64,000 bases of DNA from an uncultured beta proteobacterium (GTDB taxonomy: Bacteria; Pseudomonadota; Gammaproteobacteria; Burkholderiales; Casimicrobiaceae). Of the stretch, positions 18,086-28,488 are shown piece after piece. The first letter of the stretch is position 1. Each line of letters begins with the position of its first letter. A program made the position numbers and the translations under genes. Where the stretch lies: positions 280,426-344,425 of the forward strand of contig CAWFMK010000002.1 of assembly GCA_963816915.1 (NCBI GenBank). Direction: 5' to 3'. The notes under the pieces are model-generated. The model was not told the origin of the DNA. It did not search any database and worked only from the letters and a program-made list of their open reading frames with translations.

Positions 18086-18682
18086 TCACTTAACCTGCGA
18101 GCTGTCCTTGGCGGCCAGGGACTTGGCGGCGGGCTTGGGCGCGGTCTTGGAAGCGTTTGCAGCTTTGGGAGCAGGCGATTTGGCCGCCGTTGCGACAGGA
18201 TGCACTTCGAGCTCGCGAATTTTCGTGATCTGCTCGTTGAACTCGCCGTACGGATCGGTCACGCGGCGCTTGTAGCCCTCATCGCTCTCGCCGCTGGCGG
18301 GTATCAGCTTGGCGAGGCTCTCGAGCCAGGTGTCGTAGAGCTTGCGCAGACCGATCACCTCATCCTTGTTGCGGGCCGCCTCGCGCATCGCCGCCTGGTA
18401 CGGCCGCGTCATGGTGAGCTTGTGCTTTTCAATGCAGGACTCGGTCTTCGCACCGTTGGTGCCTTCCTGCGCACCCGTCAAGCCGAATTCGATCACCTCG
18501 ATGCTCTTGATGTGTCGGCACATGGTGTAAGTCTGCGGAATAGCCTCGAGAAAGCACTCGATTCCGGTGCTCTCCGTCTTGGTCGGGCAGATGTAGGGAT
18601 CGACCTTGTCGAGCGCGTGCGCGGCCGCAGGAAACAGCGCGACGGATGCGAACAGCAAAAGCGCGGAAGCGAGATGGCGCAT
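18086..18682 (-). CDS. Hypothetical secreted protein with an Ala/Lys/Pro-rich C-terminal tail
   Basis: Start MRHLASALLLFASVALFPAAAHA (signal peptide). Cys-containing domain. Tail: ATAAKSPAPKAANASKTAPKPAAKSLAAK. The upstream part of ORF 18086-18985 overlaps the SDR gene and was discarded. Confidence 0.55.
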   Translation of the reverse strand: MRHLASALLLFASVALFPAAAHALDKVDPYICPTKTESTGIECFLEAIPQTYTMCRHIKSIEVIEFGLTGAQEGTNGAKTESCIEKHKLTMTRPYQAAMREAARNKDEVIGLRKLYDTWLESLAKLIPASGESDEGYKRRVTDPYGEFNEQITKIRELEVHPVATAAKSPAPKAANASKTAPKPAAKSLAAKDSSQVK

Positions 18683-18776
18683 GCGGATATCCTCGACGGT
18701 GGAAGCGGGGATGCTACCGCGCGCGGACAGCGATCTCAACCCCGACACAAGCGGGGCGATCGCTTGCAACCAGCGA

Positions 18777-19610
18777 TTACAGCGTGACGCCGCCGGAGAC
18801 TTCGATGACCGCGCCGTTGATGTAGCTCGCTTCATCGGAGGCGAGCCATGCGTAGGTGTTGGCGATTTCCTCGGGTTTGCCGAGGCGGCCCATCGGTACT
18901 TTTTCCTCGATCGAGCGCAGCACCTTTTCCGGCACCGTGTCGAGGATCGGCGTTTCGATGAAGCCGGGACAGATCGCATTGGCACGGATGCCTTTGCTGC
19001 CCAGCTCGCGCGCCCATGTCTTCATCATGCCGATGACGCCGAACTTGGTGGCGGCATAGTTCGTTTGGCCGAAATTGCCGTAGATGCCAACGATCGACGA
19101 TGCGTTCAGGATGCATCCCGAATTCTGCGCGAGCATGATGTCGACGACGGCCCGGGTGCAGTTGTACACGCCCTTCAGATTGACGTCGATGACGCGCTCG
19201 AATTGCTCGTCGGTCATCTTGGACAGGCGCGCGTCCTGAACAATGCCCGCGTTGTTGACCAGTGTATCGATGCGCTGCCAGGCGAACATCACGCCTTCGA
19301 CCATGCGGGCAATGCTGGCTTTATCGGTGACGTCGACCTGGAAACCCAGCGCTTCGCCACCGTTATTTCGGACTTCCGCCAGGGTTTCGGCAACCGAGGT
19401 CATATTGATGTCACAGACCGCAACCTTGGCGCCCTCCTTGGCGAACTTGATTGCTGTCGCGCGACCTATCCCTTGGCCGCCGCCGGTGATGATTGCGACC
19501 TTGCCCAATAGCCGCCCATGGTCATGACCATTGGCAGAGGGCCCATTCGAGCCATTCCCTGAATGGCCATTCGCGCTCTCACTCTTCGCGCCGTTTCCGT
19601 TCAGACCCAT
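18777..19610 (-). CDS. SDR family oxidoreductase (FabG/PhaB-like) with a 33-aa Asn/Gly/His-rich N-terminal extension
   Basis: KVAIITGGGQGIG, NNAGI, YAATK catalytic motif. The N-terminus is MGLNGNGAKSESANGHSGNGSNGPSANGHDHGR. Confidence 0.8.
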   Translation of the reverse strand: MGLNGNGAKSESANGHSGNGSNGPSANGHDHGRLLGKVAIITGGGQGIGRATAIKFAKEGAKVAVCDINMTSVAETLAEVRNNGGEALGFQVDVTDKASIARMVEGVMFAWQRIDTLVNNAGIVQDARLSKMTDEQFERVIDVNLKGVYNCTRAVVDIMLAQNSGCILNASSIVGIYGNFGQTNYAATKFGVIGMMKTWARELGSKGIRANAICPGFIETPILDTVPEKVLRSIEEKVPMGRLGKPEEIANTYAWLASDEASYINGAVIEVSGGVTL

Positions 19611-19878
19611 GTTTTTCCTCGTGAGCCCCGCCAGGTGCCTTGAGTCTCGCGCCCTGTTGCACCGCAGCGATTCTGCCCCTTTTCATTGCGACGCACAATA
19701 TCAATTGTTACCGAATCGTGTCGACAGGACCCAAGGTGTGGTATTTTTTTAAAAGCTTCGACACATCATGTGGTTGCATGGTTTCCGGGACAGGACTGAC
19801 GAGGCGCGGCGCTCCCAATCGATGCACTGCGGTACGACAGGCGGTTGCGTAGGGAGCGCCGGAAGCGGCATGGCGTGG

Positions 19879-19904
19879 AAAAATCGTGCACTGGCGACTG
19901 CACG
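19879..19904 (-). terminator. Possible weak terminator downstream of recJ
   Basis: Minus strand: CGTGCA-8 nt-TGCACG followed by ATTTTT. The stem is only 6 bp. Confidence 0.35.
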
Positions 19905-19915
19905 AAAGTGTTCGC

Positions 19916-21613
19916 TCACATACCGACCTCGCTCGTTTCCCAAGATTCAATAACCAGCTGCACGCTTTCCAGTCCCTGAAAGCGCGCTGTCTCGGGTCGG
20001 TAACGTGCCTGAATGCACCGAGGGAAAGGTCCGGGCTCGTTGAAGGCGATGGCGTCCACTCTGCGCTGCTGGTGAATCAGCGTTGCCCGCGTATGCTTGC
20101 CCCCGACCTGTTTTTGATCGAGGACCGCGAAGGTTCCATGAAATACCGGCGGTGCAAAGCCTTGACCCCATACACCGGCGGCGAGCGATTCGGTCAGCTC
20201 AAGGGTCAGTTCGGTGGCACTCAACTCGCCGTCAGATTCGAGTGTGCGCCGAAGCAACTCCGGGGTGAGCCACTCGCTTCCCACGCGCTCGAACTCGGTC
20301 ACGAAGCGCGGAAATTGTGCCTGCGGGAGGGTCAAGCCTGCCGCGAAAGCGTGGCCGCCGAAGCGCGTGATAGTGTCAGGGGCGCGTTTCGCGACCAGAT
20401 CCAGCGCGTCGCGCAGGTGAAACCCCGCGATGGTGCGCCCGGACCCGCGCAATTCTCCGGCCATGCCCGGCGCGAACACGACCGTGGGTCGGTGGAAGCG
20501 GTCCTTGAGCCGCGACGCCACCAGCCCCACCACGCCCTGGTGCCACTCCGGACGAAACGCGCACAGCGTGAACCCATTGCCTGCTGCGATCGAGTCGATG
20601 TCGGTCAAGGCCTGATCCTGCATGGTGGCCTCGACGTCGCGCCGTTCGCGGTTCAGTCGATCGAGCTCGTCTGCCAGTTGCGTCGCGACGACGTCGTCGT
20701 CCGCCAGCAGGCACGCGATGCCGGTCGAGATGTCCGCCATGCGCCCCGCGGCATTGAGGCGCGGGCCGGCTACGAAGCCTAGATCGTAGGTGGTGCTGCG
20801 TCGCGGGTCGCGACCGCCTGCCGCCAGCAGCGCGCGCACGCCCGGCTGCATGCGGCCCGATCGAATCCGACGCAAACCGTTGTCGACCAGGACGCGGTTG
20901 GCGTGGTCGAGGCGCACCACGTCGGCGACGGTGCCCAGCGCCACCAGGTCGAGCAGTCCGCCCAGGTGCGGCTCGTCGCGGCCGCTGAAGTGTCCGCGGG
21001 CCCGCAACTCGGCGCGCAACTCAATCAGCACGTAGAACATGACACCGACGCCGGCAAGATGTTTGCTCGGGAACGCGCATCCCGGCTGATTCGGATTGAC
21101 GATCCAGGCCGGAGACGGCAACGCCAGACCTGGAAGGTGGTGATCGGTGATCACGACCTCGATCCCCGCGGCCTGCGCCGCGGCGACGCCCTCGATGCTC
21201 GCGATGCCGTTGTCGACGGTGATGATCAGCGCCGGCGAGCGCTGCGCGGCGATCGCCACGATTTCCGGCGTCAGCCCGTAGCCATGCTCGAAGCGGTTGG
21301 GCACTAGGAAGTCGACGCGCCCGCCCATGGCGGTCAGGCCGCGCATGCCCACCGCGCATGCCGTCGCACCATCGGCGTCGTAGTCGGCGACGATGAGCAT
21401 GCGCTCGCCGCGCGCGATCGCATCGGCAAGACGCGTCGCGGCGCCGGCAATGCCCTTGAGCGTGGAGCCTTCGGGAAGGCGCGCCAGCGAGCAATCGAGT
21501 TCGCTCGCGTCGACCACACCACGCGCGGCGTAGAGACGCGCCAGCACACTCGGGCATCCAGCGGCGATCAGCGCGTTCGCCGCATCGGGCACAGGTCGAA
21601 CGACGATATCCAA
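19916..21613 (-). CDS. recJ: Single-stranded-DNA-specific exonuclease RecJ
   Basis: DHH motifs (ADYDADGATA, ITDHH), DHHA1 (GGHAFAAG). LARLYAARGV near the N-terminus, as in E. coli RecJ. Start is TTG at 21613 or GTG at 21592. Confidence 0.9.
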   Translation of the reverse strand: MDIVVRPVPDAANALIAAGCPSVLARLYAARGVVDASELDCSLARLPEGSTLKGIAGAATRLADAIARGERMLIVADYDADGATACAVGMRGLTAMGGRVDFLVPNRFEHGYGLTPEIVAIAAQRSPALIITVDNGIASIEGVAAAQAAGIEVVITDHHLPGLALPSPAWIVNPNQPGCAFPSKHLAGVGVMFYVLIELRAELRARGHFSGRDEPHLGGLLDLVALGTVADVVRLDHANRVLVDNGLRRIRSGRMQPGVRALLAAGGRDPRRSTTYDLGFVAGPRLNAAGRMADISTGIACLLADDDVVATQLADELDRLNRERRDVEATMQDQALTDIDSIAAGNGFTLCAFRPEWHQGVVGLVASRLKDRFHRPTVVFAPGMAGELRGSGRTIAGFHLRDALDLVAKRAPDTITRFGGHAFAAGLTLPQAQFPRFVTEFERVGSEWLTPELLRRTLESDGELSATELTLELTESLAAGVWGQGFAPPVFHGTFAVLDQKQVGGKHTRATLIHQQRRVDAIAFNEPGPFPRCIQARYRPETARFQGLESVQLVIESWETSEVGM

Positions 21614-22648
21614 TCAGCTTCCCGCCGGGACCGAGAGCAGCCTGGATAGGTTCGGTGCCGAGGTCCAGGCCCGCAGGCGACGCGCCAGCGACAGACGGCG
21701 CGCCGCGAATCGCATCGATTCGCTGCGACCCAGGACAATGATGTCGAGCTCGCGGATGGTTCCGTTCTGGAAGGCACCCCGGGCGGGCGCGAACCAGTGG
21801 AAATCGAATGCGGCGAGCGTCGCCGCGAGTGCTCGAGCGTCGCCCGTGTCATTCGTTTCCAGCCATGCCAGCGATGGCGATTGCGAAGAATGGTCGCGCA
21901 GCGCCTCGAGCGACGGCGGTAGCGGGGCGACGGATACGCCCCGCGCACGCGCCAGCGCCACCGGCAGCCACGCGTCGGCGTGCATCATCGCCAGACGAGG
22001 CGGTGCGGCTGCCAGCGCAGGCGCGCCACCACCCCAGAGCCAAAGCGCATTGACCGGCTTTTTTCCAGCGGCTTCGCGCGCCTGATTGACTGGATGCTCG
22101 AAGAGCAGCATCTGGATTTCGCTTTGCCATTGACGCCAGCGCGGAGCATGGTCGCCAGTGGGAAGACAAGGAAGCAATGGCGCGCCGATCGCGCGCTCGG
22201 GCGGGACCGTCGACAGAGCCTGGGGCTCGCGCACGCCGAGCAGCCAGTGCGAATGGTCGATCGAATCCAGCTGCACACCGTCGTTCGAAAAATGCGCGTT
22301 GAGCGTGGCGCGCAAGGCCTCCGACTCGACCTCGTCGAGGTCGCGCACCAGGCCTTCGAGTCGCACATCGCTGCGATTGACCACCAGACTCGCGGGCTCC
22401 GCGCATAACCAGTACGGCGCCGTCGCCTGCACACCTGCGGCGCGCGCCAACCAGGGAGCGACGGGCCAATCGGTCTGTTGCGTGATGTCGAGCTCGCGGC
22501 ACGCTACCGCCGCGGCGCCGCCATCCGCAACAATTGTTGCGCCCGCGGTGGCAAGCACGCGGGTCAGCGCGGGCGCGCTGGCATCGAGCGCGCCCAGCGC
22601 GGCGGGCTCGAGATCGAGCAGTCCGCAGACGACCAGCGTGAGTTGCAT
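21614..22648 (-). CDS. Conserved hypothetical protein (344 aa)
   Basis: Codon usage is typical for the window. The stop codon directly abuts the recJ start. Contains a conserved-looking NALWLWGGG block. No family confidently recognised. Confidence 0.6.
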   Translation of the reverse strand: MQLTLVVCGLLDLEPAALGALDASAPALTRVLATAGATIVADGGAAAVACRELDITQQTDWPVAPWLARAAGVQATAPYWLCAEPASLVVNRSDVRLEGLVRDLDEVESEALRATLNAHFSNDGVQLDSIDHSHWLLGVREPQALSTVPPERAIGAPLLPCLPTGDHAPRWRQWQSEIQMLLFEHPVNQAREAAGKKPVNALWLWGGGAPALAAAPPRLAMMHADAWLPVALARARGVSVAPLPPSLEALRDHSSQSPSLAWLETNDTGDARALAATLAAFDFHWFAPARGAFQNGTIRELDIIVLGRSESMRFAARRLSLARRLRAWTSAPNLSRLLSVPAGS

Positions 22649-22790
22649 GAGGATGAAGGGTGAGTCGCCTGGCGATGCGAAGCGTGCGCCGGGAGTCGAT
22701 CGAGTGTAGCACGCACGACCTGCTCGCTAGAGCCACGGCGGCGCTTGTGGCACACTGGCGCGCCACGCTGTACTCATCGGACGGTGCCTG

Positions 22791-24044
22791 TTGATTCCCT
22801 ACGAAGTTGTCGTCGGCCTGCGCTACTTCCGCGCCCGCCGGGGCTCGAGCCGCAACGGCTTTGTGTCGTTCATCGCCGCGGTGTCGATGCTCGGCATCGC
22901 TCTCGGCGTCGCGGCACTGATCGTCGTGATCTCGGTGATGAACGGCTTTCAGCAGGAGTTGCGCAATCGCATCCTGTCGGTGGCTTCGCATATCGAGGTG
23001 CGAGGGATCAATGGCGGGCTGAGCGATTGGAAGAGCGTTGGCCGTCTCGCGCAGACCGATCCGCACGTGCGCGGCGTCGCGCCCTTCGTCGCCGGGCAGG
23101 CGATGCTCTCGGCGAGCGGAGTCAATCGCGGCGCGCTGGTTCGCGGCATCGAGCCCGCCCTCGAGGATACTGTCGCCGAGATCGGCTCGCACATGCGCGC
23201 GGGATCGCTCACCGATCTCAAGCCGGGTGAGTTCGGCATCGTGCTCGGCGGCGAGCTGGCGCGCGCGCTCGGAGTGCGTCTTGGCGACACGGTCGTCGTC
23301 ATCACGCCGCAGGGGACGGTAACGCCGGCAGGCACGCTTCCGCGCGTGAAGAGCTTCAGACTGGTCGGCATGTTCGAGATCGGCATGTACGAATTCGACA
23401 GCGGCCTCGCCTTGATCGATCTGGCCGACGCACAGAAGCTCTATCGCATGGACGATACCGTCAGCGGCGTGCGCCTGAAGCTGGACGACATGTTCGCCGC
23501 GCCGGCGGTAGCGCGGCAGCTGTTTCGCACGCTGCCGGCGGATACGGAGCTTCGCGACTGGACGCAGGATCACGCGAACTTCTTTCGCGCCGTTGCGATC
23601 GAGAAGCGGGTGATGTTCATCATCCTCACGCTGATCGTAGCCGTTGCGGCGTTCAACATCGTGTCGGCGCAGGTCATGGTCGTGACCGACAAGCAGGCCG
23701 ACATCGCAATCCTGCGTACCCAGGGTGCATCGCCAGCGAGCATCATGACCATCTTCGTCATCCAAGGCGCGCTGGTCGGAATCATCGGGACGCTTATCGG
23801 GGTTGTCGGAGGTATCCTGCTTGCGCTCAACATCGATACCGTCGTGCCGTTTATCGAGCGCACGCTGTCGATCCAGTTCCTCGACAAGAGCGTGTATTAC
23901 ATCAGCGAGCTTCCCTCGGACCTGCAGCGCGGCGACATCACGCTGATCGCCGTCATCGCGCTCGGCCTCGCGCTGCTGGCGACGCTGTACCCGAGCTGGC
24001 GCGCGGCCAAGGTCAATCCTGCGGAAGCGCTGCGCTATGAGTGA
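22791..24044 (+). CDS. Lipoprotein-releasing ABC transporter permease (LolC/LolE family)
   Basis: 417 aa. N-terminal [40 protein letters not shown], large periplasmic loop, C-terminal FtsX-like TM bundle. TTG start. Confidence 0.85.
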   Translation: MIPYEVVVGLRYFRARRGSSRNGFVSFIAAVSMLGIALGVAALIVVISVMNGFQQELRNRILSVASHIEVRGINGGLSDWKSVGRLAQTDPHVRGVAPFVAGQAMLSASGVNRGALVRGIEPALEDTVAEIGSHMRAGSLTDLKPGEFGIVLGGELARALGVRLGDTVVVITPQGTVTPAGTLPRVKSFRLVGMFEIGMYEFDSGLALIDLADAQKLYRMDDTVSGVRLKLDDMFAAPAVARQLFRTLPADTELRDWTQDHANFFRAVAIEKRVMFIILTLIVAVAAFNIVSAQVMVVTDKQADIAILRTQGASPASIMTIFVIQGALVGIIGTLIGVVGGILLALNIDTVVPFIERTLSIQFLDKSVYYISELPSDLQRGDITLIAVIALGLALLATLYPSWRAAKVNPAEALRYE

Positions 24045-24741
24045 ACTGGTGCCGGTGCTCGAATGCCGCGGGCTCTCGAAGACCTATCACAGCGGTCCGC
24101 TCGACGTGCCGGTGCTCGCCGACGTCAACTTAAGCGTCGCTGCCGGCGAGCGTGTCGCGGTCGTCGGCGCCTCGGGGTCGGGAAAGAGCACGCTCTTGCA
24201 CCTGCTCGGCGGCCTCGACGCACCCAGCTCGGGCGAAGTGCTCATCCACGGGACGCCGATGGCGAGCCTCGACGAGGCCGCGCGCGGCCGGGTGCGCAAT
24301 CGCGCGCTCGGATTCATCTATCAGTTCCATCACCTGCTGCCTGAATTCAGCGCGCTGGAAAACGTCGCGATGCCGCTCTATATCCGCCGCGAGCAGCCCA
24401 CCGCCGCACGCGAGCGCGCTCAGGCGCTGCTCGAACGGGTGGGCCTCGCCGCGCGCGCTGCGCATCGCCCCAGCGAGTTGTCGGGAGGCGAACGGCAGCG
24501 GGTCGCGCTCGCCCGCGCGCTGGTGACGCGGCCTGCATGTGTGCTCGCCGACGAACCGACGGGCAACCTGGACCGGCGAACGGCGGGACAGGTGTTCGAG
24601 CTCATGCTGGAGTTGAATCGCAGCGCTGGCACGAGTCTCGTCATCGTGACTCACGATCCTGAGCTGGCGGAGCGTACCGACCGCACGCTGCAGCTCATCG
24701 ACGGCGCATTGCAGCCGCTGCGCCGTACGCAGCCCGCCTAA
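24037..24741 (+). CDS. lolD: Lipoprotein-releasing ABC transporter ATP-binding protein LolD
   Basis: Walker [10 protein letters not shown], signature [15 protein letters not shown], Walker [12 protein letters not shown]. Overlaps the permease gene by 8 nt. Confidence 0.9.
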   Translation: MSELVPVLECRGLSKTYHSGPLDVPVLADVNLSVAAGERVAVVGASGSGKSTLLHLLGGLDAPSSGEVLIHGTPMASLDEAARGRVRNRALGFIYQFHHLLPEFSALENVAMPLYIRREQPTAARERAQALLERVGLAARAAHRPSELSGGERQRVALARALVTRPACVLADEPTGNLDRRTAGQVFELMLELNRSAGTSLVIVTHDPELAERTDRTLQLIDGALQPLRRTQPA

Positions 24742-25757
24742 ACGCGCAGCGGAGGCTCGTCCATCGCCGCAAGCTGCTCGCGCAGCTCGAGCACGCGGTC
24801 CTGCCAGTAGCGCTGCGTGTTGAACCAGGGAAACGCGGCCGGAAAGGCGGGGTCGTGCCAGCGACGTGCGATCCACGCGGCATAGTGGATCAGACGCAGC
24901 GTGCGCAGCGCCTCGACCAGCGCGAGTTCGCGATCGTCGAACTCGCAGAAGTCCTCGTACCCGCGCAGCATCGCGCGCAGCTGCAGCTGCGCATCGGCGC
25001 GATCTCCGGAGAGCAGCATCCACAGGTCCTGCACCGCGGGTCCGGTGAGGCTGTCGTCGAAGTCGACGAAATGCGGACCGGCGTCGGTCCAGAGAATATT
25101 GCCTGCGTGGCAGTCGGCGTGCAGACGCAGGGTGCGCACATCCGGCAGGCGTTCGAAGGCGCGGCGGACCGCGGCGAGCGCCTGGTCGATCGTGCTCGTC
25201 CATGCTGGCCGCAGATCGGCAGGAATGAAATCGTGCTCGACAAGATAGTCGCGTGATGCATCGCCGAACGAAGCCACCTCGAGGGTCGGACGCTGCTTGA
25301 ATGCCGACGCGCCACCGACGGCGTGGATTCGGCCGATGAAGCGTCCGATGCGCTCGACCACGCGCCTGTCGTCGAGCTCGGGAGCGCGACCGCCCTGCCT
25401 TGGATACACGGCAAAGCGGAATGCTTCGAAACGCGCGAGCGAGCCCGTCGCCAGCGCCAAGGGCGCGACCACCGGGATCTCGTGCCCGGCGAGCTCGGTC
25501 GCGAAAGCGTGCTCCTCGACGATTTGAGCATCGCTCCAGCGCGCGGGCCGGTAGAACTTCGCGACGATCGCGTCGGCCGGCGGCGCGACCACGCTGCTTC
25601 CGGGCTCGAGCCAAACCTGATACACGCGATTCTCGTAGCTGTTGAGCGCCAGCATGCGTCCGTCGCCGCGCACCCCGACGCTGTCGAGCGCATCGAGCAC
25701 GGTGTCGGGGGTCAGACCCGCGTACGGCTGCGCGGCGGAGTCGCTGCTCGTGCTCAA
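24738..25757 (-). CDS. srkA: Stress-response Ser/Thr kinase SrkA (YihE, APH-fold)
   Basis: Collinear with E. coli YihE: [59 protein letters not shown]. Start uncertain (TTG at 25757 proposed; an ATG at 25811 is also possible). Confidence 0.85.
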   Translation of the reverse strand: MSTSSDSAAQPYAGLTPDTVLDALDSVGVRGDGRMLALNSYENRVYQVWLEPGSSVVAPPADAIVAKFYRPARWSDAQIVEEHAFATELAGHEIPVVAPLALATGSLARFEAFRFAVYPRQGGRAPELDDRRVVERIGRFIGRIHAVGGASAFKQRPTLEVASFGDASRDYLVEHDFIPADLRPAWTSTIDQALAAVRRAFERLPDVRTLRLHADCHAGNILWTDAGPHFVDFDDSLTGPAVQDLWMLLSGDRADAQLQLRAMLRGYEDFCEFDDRELALVEALRTLRLIHYAAWIARRWHDPAFPAAFPWFNTQRYWQDRVLELREQLAAMDEPPLRV

Positions 25758-25758
25758 A

Positions 25759-26409
25759 TCAATACTCGACTGGAATCGGATCGAGGCTGCGCCACAGGTA
25801 CCAGGTCGCAACCGAGCGCCACGGACGCCACAGATCGGCGGCTGCGAACATCGCGTCGCGCGGCAGCCGTTCCCCGTGATTGAAATGAATCGCCAGCGCG
25901 CGCTGCAGCCCGATATCGTCGACCGGAAGGATGTCGGGTCGCAACTCGTGGAACATCAGAAACATCTCGGCGGTCCAGCGGCCGATGCCCTTGACATCGA
26001 CCAGCGCGGCGATGAGAGTTTCGTCGTCCATCGCCGTCCACGCACTCGGGTCCAGCCGTCCCGACACGAAATGGTTGGCGAGGTCGACCAGATACTCGGC
26101 CTTGCGCTGCGAAAGCCCGCAAACGCGCAGCGCCGGTATCGCGGCCACGCACACGCGCGATGCGGCGATGAGTGGAAATGCGTCGGCCGGCGTCCCGGCC
26201 GCATCGTCGACCAGCGCCACGAAGCGACGCCAAATGCTATCGGCGGCCTTCACCGAGATCTGCTGGCCGACGATCGCTCGCGCCAGCGTGGTGAAAGGAT
26301 CGGTGCGCCGTTTGAGATGAATGCCGGGATAGGCGCGGATCAGCCGCGCGAGGACCTTGTCTCGCTGTGACAGCGTGCGCGTGGCCCGATCCCAGTAAGG
26401 GGGCTTCAC
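25759..26409 (-). CDS. DNA-3-methyladenine glycosylase II family (HhH-GPD, AlkA-like)
   Basis: HhH-GPD block LVDVKGIGRWTAEMFLMF...PVDDIGLQRA. GTG start at 26409 after AGGA. The longer ORF, up to 26718, runs antisense into the neighbouring gene. Confidence 0.75.
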   Translation of the reverse strand: MKPPYWDRATRTLSQRDKVLARLIRAYPGIHLKRRTDPFTTLARAIVGQQISVKAADSIWRRFVALVDDAAGTPADAFPLIAASRVCVAAIPALRVCGLSQRKAEYLVDLANHFVSGRLDPSAWTAMDDETLIAALVDVKGIGRWTAEMFLMFHELRPDILPVDDIGLQRALAIHFNHGERLPRDAMFAAADLWRPWRSVATWYLWRSLDPIPVEY

Positions 26410-26599
26410 AGAGTTAGAATCCTTGGACACGGTCGCTCGATGCAGCTTCGCTTCGCCGACGCCGAGCGAAGGGTTACAGGTGAGAGGATCGGGAAATGGT
26501 ACATTACGCGGCTTTTTTGCCGGCCCGCCGCAGCGATTAGACGGCACGACCAACAATGGCCATCGCCAAACGCGCGCACCAGTAGTGAAGGAATACCGC

Positions 26600-28423
26600 A
26601 TGGCACGCAATGCCGGGATGAGAGACCCGTCGCGCGTGGCACGCGCCGCTTTCGCCGTCAGCGCGTTGCTCGCAATGACTTTCACCGGCCGGGCGCATGC
26701 AGCCGCAGACATGAACAAGGTGGTACGGCAGGTGTTTCCCTACGCCGAGGAAGGCTTCGACCCGGCGGCCGCGCACGATCTTTATTCCGGAAGCATCGAG
26801 CAGGCGCTCTTCGAGACGCTGCTGACCTACGACTATCTGGCGCGACCCGCGAAGCTCGTTCCATTGACCGCGCAAGCGCTGCCCGAAGCGAGCGACGACG
26901 GCAAGACCTACACGGTTCGCCTAAAAAAAGGCATCTACTTCATACCCGATGCCGCATTCAAGGGAGTCAAGCGCGAGCTCGTCGCCGAAGACTACGCGTA
27001 TTCGCTCAAGCGGCTGATGGATCCCGTCATCCGTTCGCCGTGGACGTGGCTGGTCGAGGGCAAGATCGTCGGGCTCGATGACGCCGCGGCGAAAGCGAAG
27101 GAGGTGGGGCACTTCGATTACGACACGGGAATCCCGGGCATCGAGGTCGTCGACCGCTATACGTTGCGCCTTCATCTGACGCAACCCGATTTCAATCTGC
27201 CGTACGTGCTCGCACACGAACCGACGAGCGCACTGGCGCGCGAGGTGGTCGAAGCGTACGCCGACGCCGGCGGACGGGTGATGTCCAATCCCGTGGGCAC
27301 CGGTCCATACAAGCTCGTCCGGTGGATACGCACGTCGAAGATCTTTCTCGAAGCCAATCCCGAGTATCGCGGATCAACCTGGAACTTCCAGCCGGGGACC
27401 GACGCCGAGGATGCGCGGCTGGTGGCGGAGATGAAGGGCAAATCGATACCGCGCGTCGGCCGCATCGAGATCACCATCATGGAGGAAGACCAGTCGCGCC
27501 TGCTGGCGTTCAAGAACGGCGAGGTCGACATCATGAACCTCGATGGTCCGCTCGCGCCGAAGCTGCTCGATGGCGGCGAGCTCAACGCGGAAATGCGAGC
27601 GCGCGGTGTGAAGTTGTCACGCTTCGTCGACCCGGAGATCCTGTACTACTACTGGAACCTGATGGACCCGGTGGTCGGTGGATTGTCGAAGGAGAAGATC
27701 GCGCTGCGCCGTGCGATGGCGATGTCCTACGACATCGAGGAGGACATCCGCGTGGTGCGCAACGGGCAGGCGGTCGAAGCCATGTATCCCATTCCGCCGG
27801 GTGTTGTTGGACATGATGCGTCGTACCGCGGCATCGTCAGGCACGACACTGTCACCGCCAACGCGTTGCTCGACAAGTTCGGCTACCGCCGTGGTGCCGA
27901 CGGCTGGCGAACGCTGCCCGACGGAAAGCCGCTGGTGATTCAATACTTCTCGCGTCCGGATTCGCTCGGCCGCCAGGAAGAGGAAATGTGGAAAAAGGCG
28001 CTGGACTCGATCTCGATCCGCATGGAAGGTCGCAAGGAGCGCTTCACCGACCTGCTCAAGCTCGACAAGCAGTGCAAGGTCCAGATGCGAACTGCGTCGT
28101 GGATCGCCGACTATCCCGACGGCGACAATTTCATGCAGCTGCTCTACGGGAAGAATATCTACCAGAGCAACAACGCCTGCGCGCGGATACCTGAGTACGA
28201 CAAGCGCTACGAAGCGGCGCAACGGATGCCCCCGGGTCCGGAGCGCGACAAGCTCTACCGCGAGATGGCGCGCATCATCGAGGTTTACGCGCCGTGGCGG
28301 CTGGGCATCAGCCGCTATCGCAACATGATGGTGCAGCCGCACGTGCTCGGGTACAAGAAGCACCCGGTGCTTCACTCCGAGTGGCAATACATCGATATCG
28401 ACACATCGAAGCCGGGCGGGTAG
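26600..28423 (+). CDS. ABC transporter substrate-binding protein, family 5 (peptide; YejA-like)
   Basis: About 600 aa with a signal peptide (AAFAVSALLAMTFTGRAHA). It is the first gene of an SBP-permease-permease-fused ATPase operon, the arrangement seen in yejABEF. Confidence 0.8.
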   Translation: MARNAGMRDPSRVARAAFAVSALLAMTFTGRAHAAADMNKVVRQVFPYAEEGFDPAAAHDLYSGSIEQALFETLLTYDYLARPAKLVPLTAQALPEASDDGKTYTVRLKKGIYFIPDAAFKGVKRELVAEDYAYSLKRLMDPVIRSPWTWLVEGKIVGLDDAAAKAKEVGHFDYDTGIPGIEVVDRYTLRLHLTQPDFNLPYVLAHEPTSALAREVVEAYADAGGRVMSNPVGTGPYKLVRWIRTSKIFLEANPEYRGSTWNFQPGTDAEDARLVAEMKGKSIPRVGRIEITIMEEDQSRLLAFKNGEVDIMNLDGPLAPKLLDGGELNAEMRARGVKLSRFVDPEILYYYWNLMDPVVGGLSKEKIALRRAMAMSYDIEEDIRVVRNGQAVEAMYPIPPGVVGHDASYRGIVRHDTVTANALLDKFGYRRGADGWRTLPDGKPLVIQYFSRPDSLGRQEEEMWKKALDSISIRMEGRKERFTDLLKLDKQCKVQMRTASWIADYPDGDNFMQLLYGKNIYQSNNACARIPEYDKRYEAAQRMPPGPERDKLYREMARIIEVYAPWRLGISRYRNMMVQPHVLGYKKHPVLHSEWQYIDIDTSKPGG

Positions 28424-28488
28424 CATCCGCCGCATCCCGCGCGCAGCGCGATGGCAACTGAGGCCAGCAGCGCCGGGGGAGAAACAGC

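Noticed and set aside
19650-19720. Imperfect palindrome ATTGCGACGCACAAT and TGCACCGCAG near the SDR promoter, considered as a possible PhaR-type operator.
   Set aside because: Only the outer ATTG/CAAT positions are symmetric. I do not remember the PhaR operator consensus reliably enough, and there is no phaR or phasin gene in the window.
21849-23765. Very long ORFs antisense to, or out of frame with, recognised genes. Examples: 21849-23765(-), 42094-43941(-), 37458-39299(-), 30868-32349(-), 31188-33290(+), 57255-58979(+), 1919-2983(+), 24130-25614(-).
   Set aside because: These are typical high-GC shadow ORFs. Their translations are Arg/Ala/Pro/Gly-rich and low in complexity. Each fully overlaps a gene with clear family motifs on the other strand or frame, and none has a plausible RBS.
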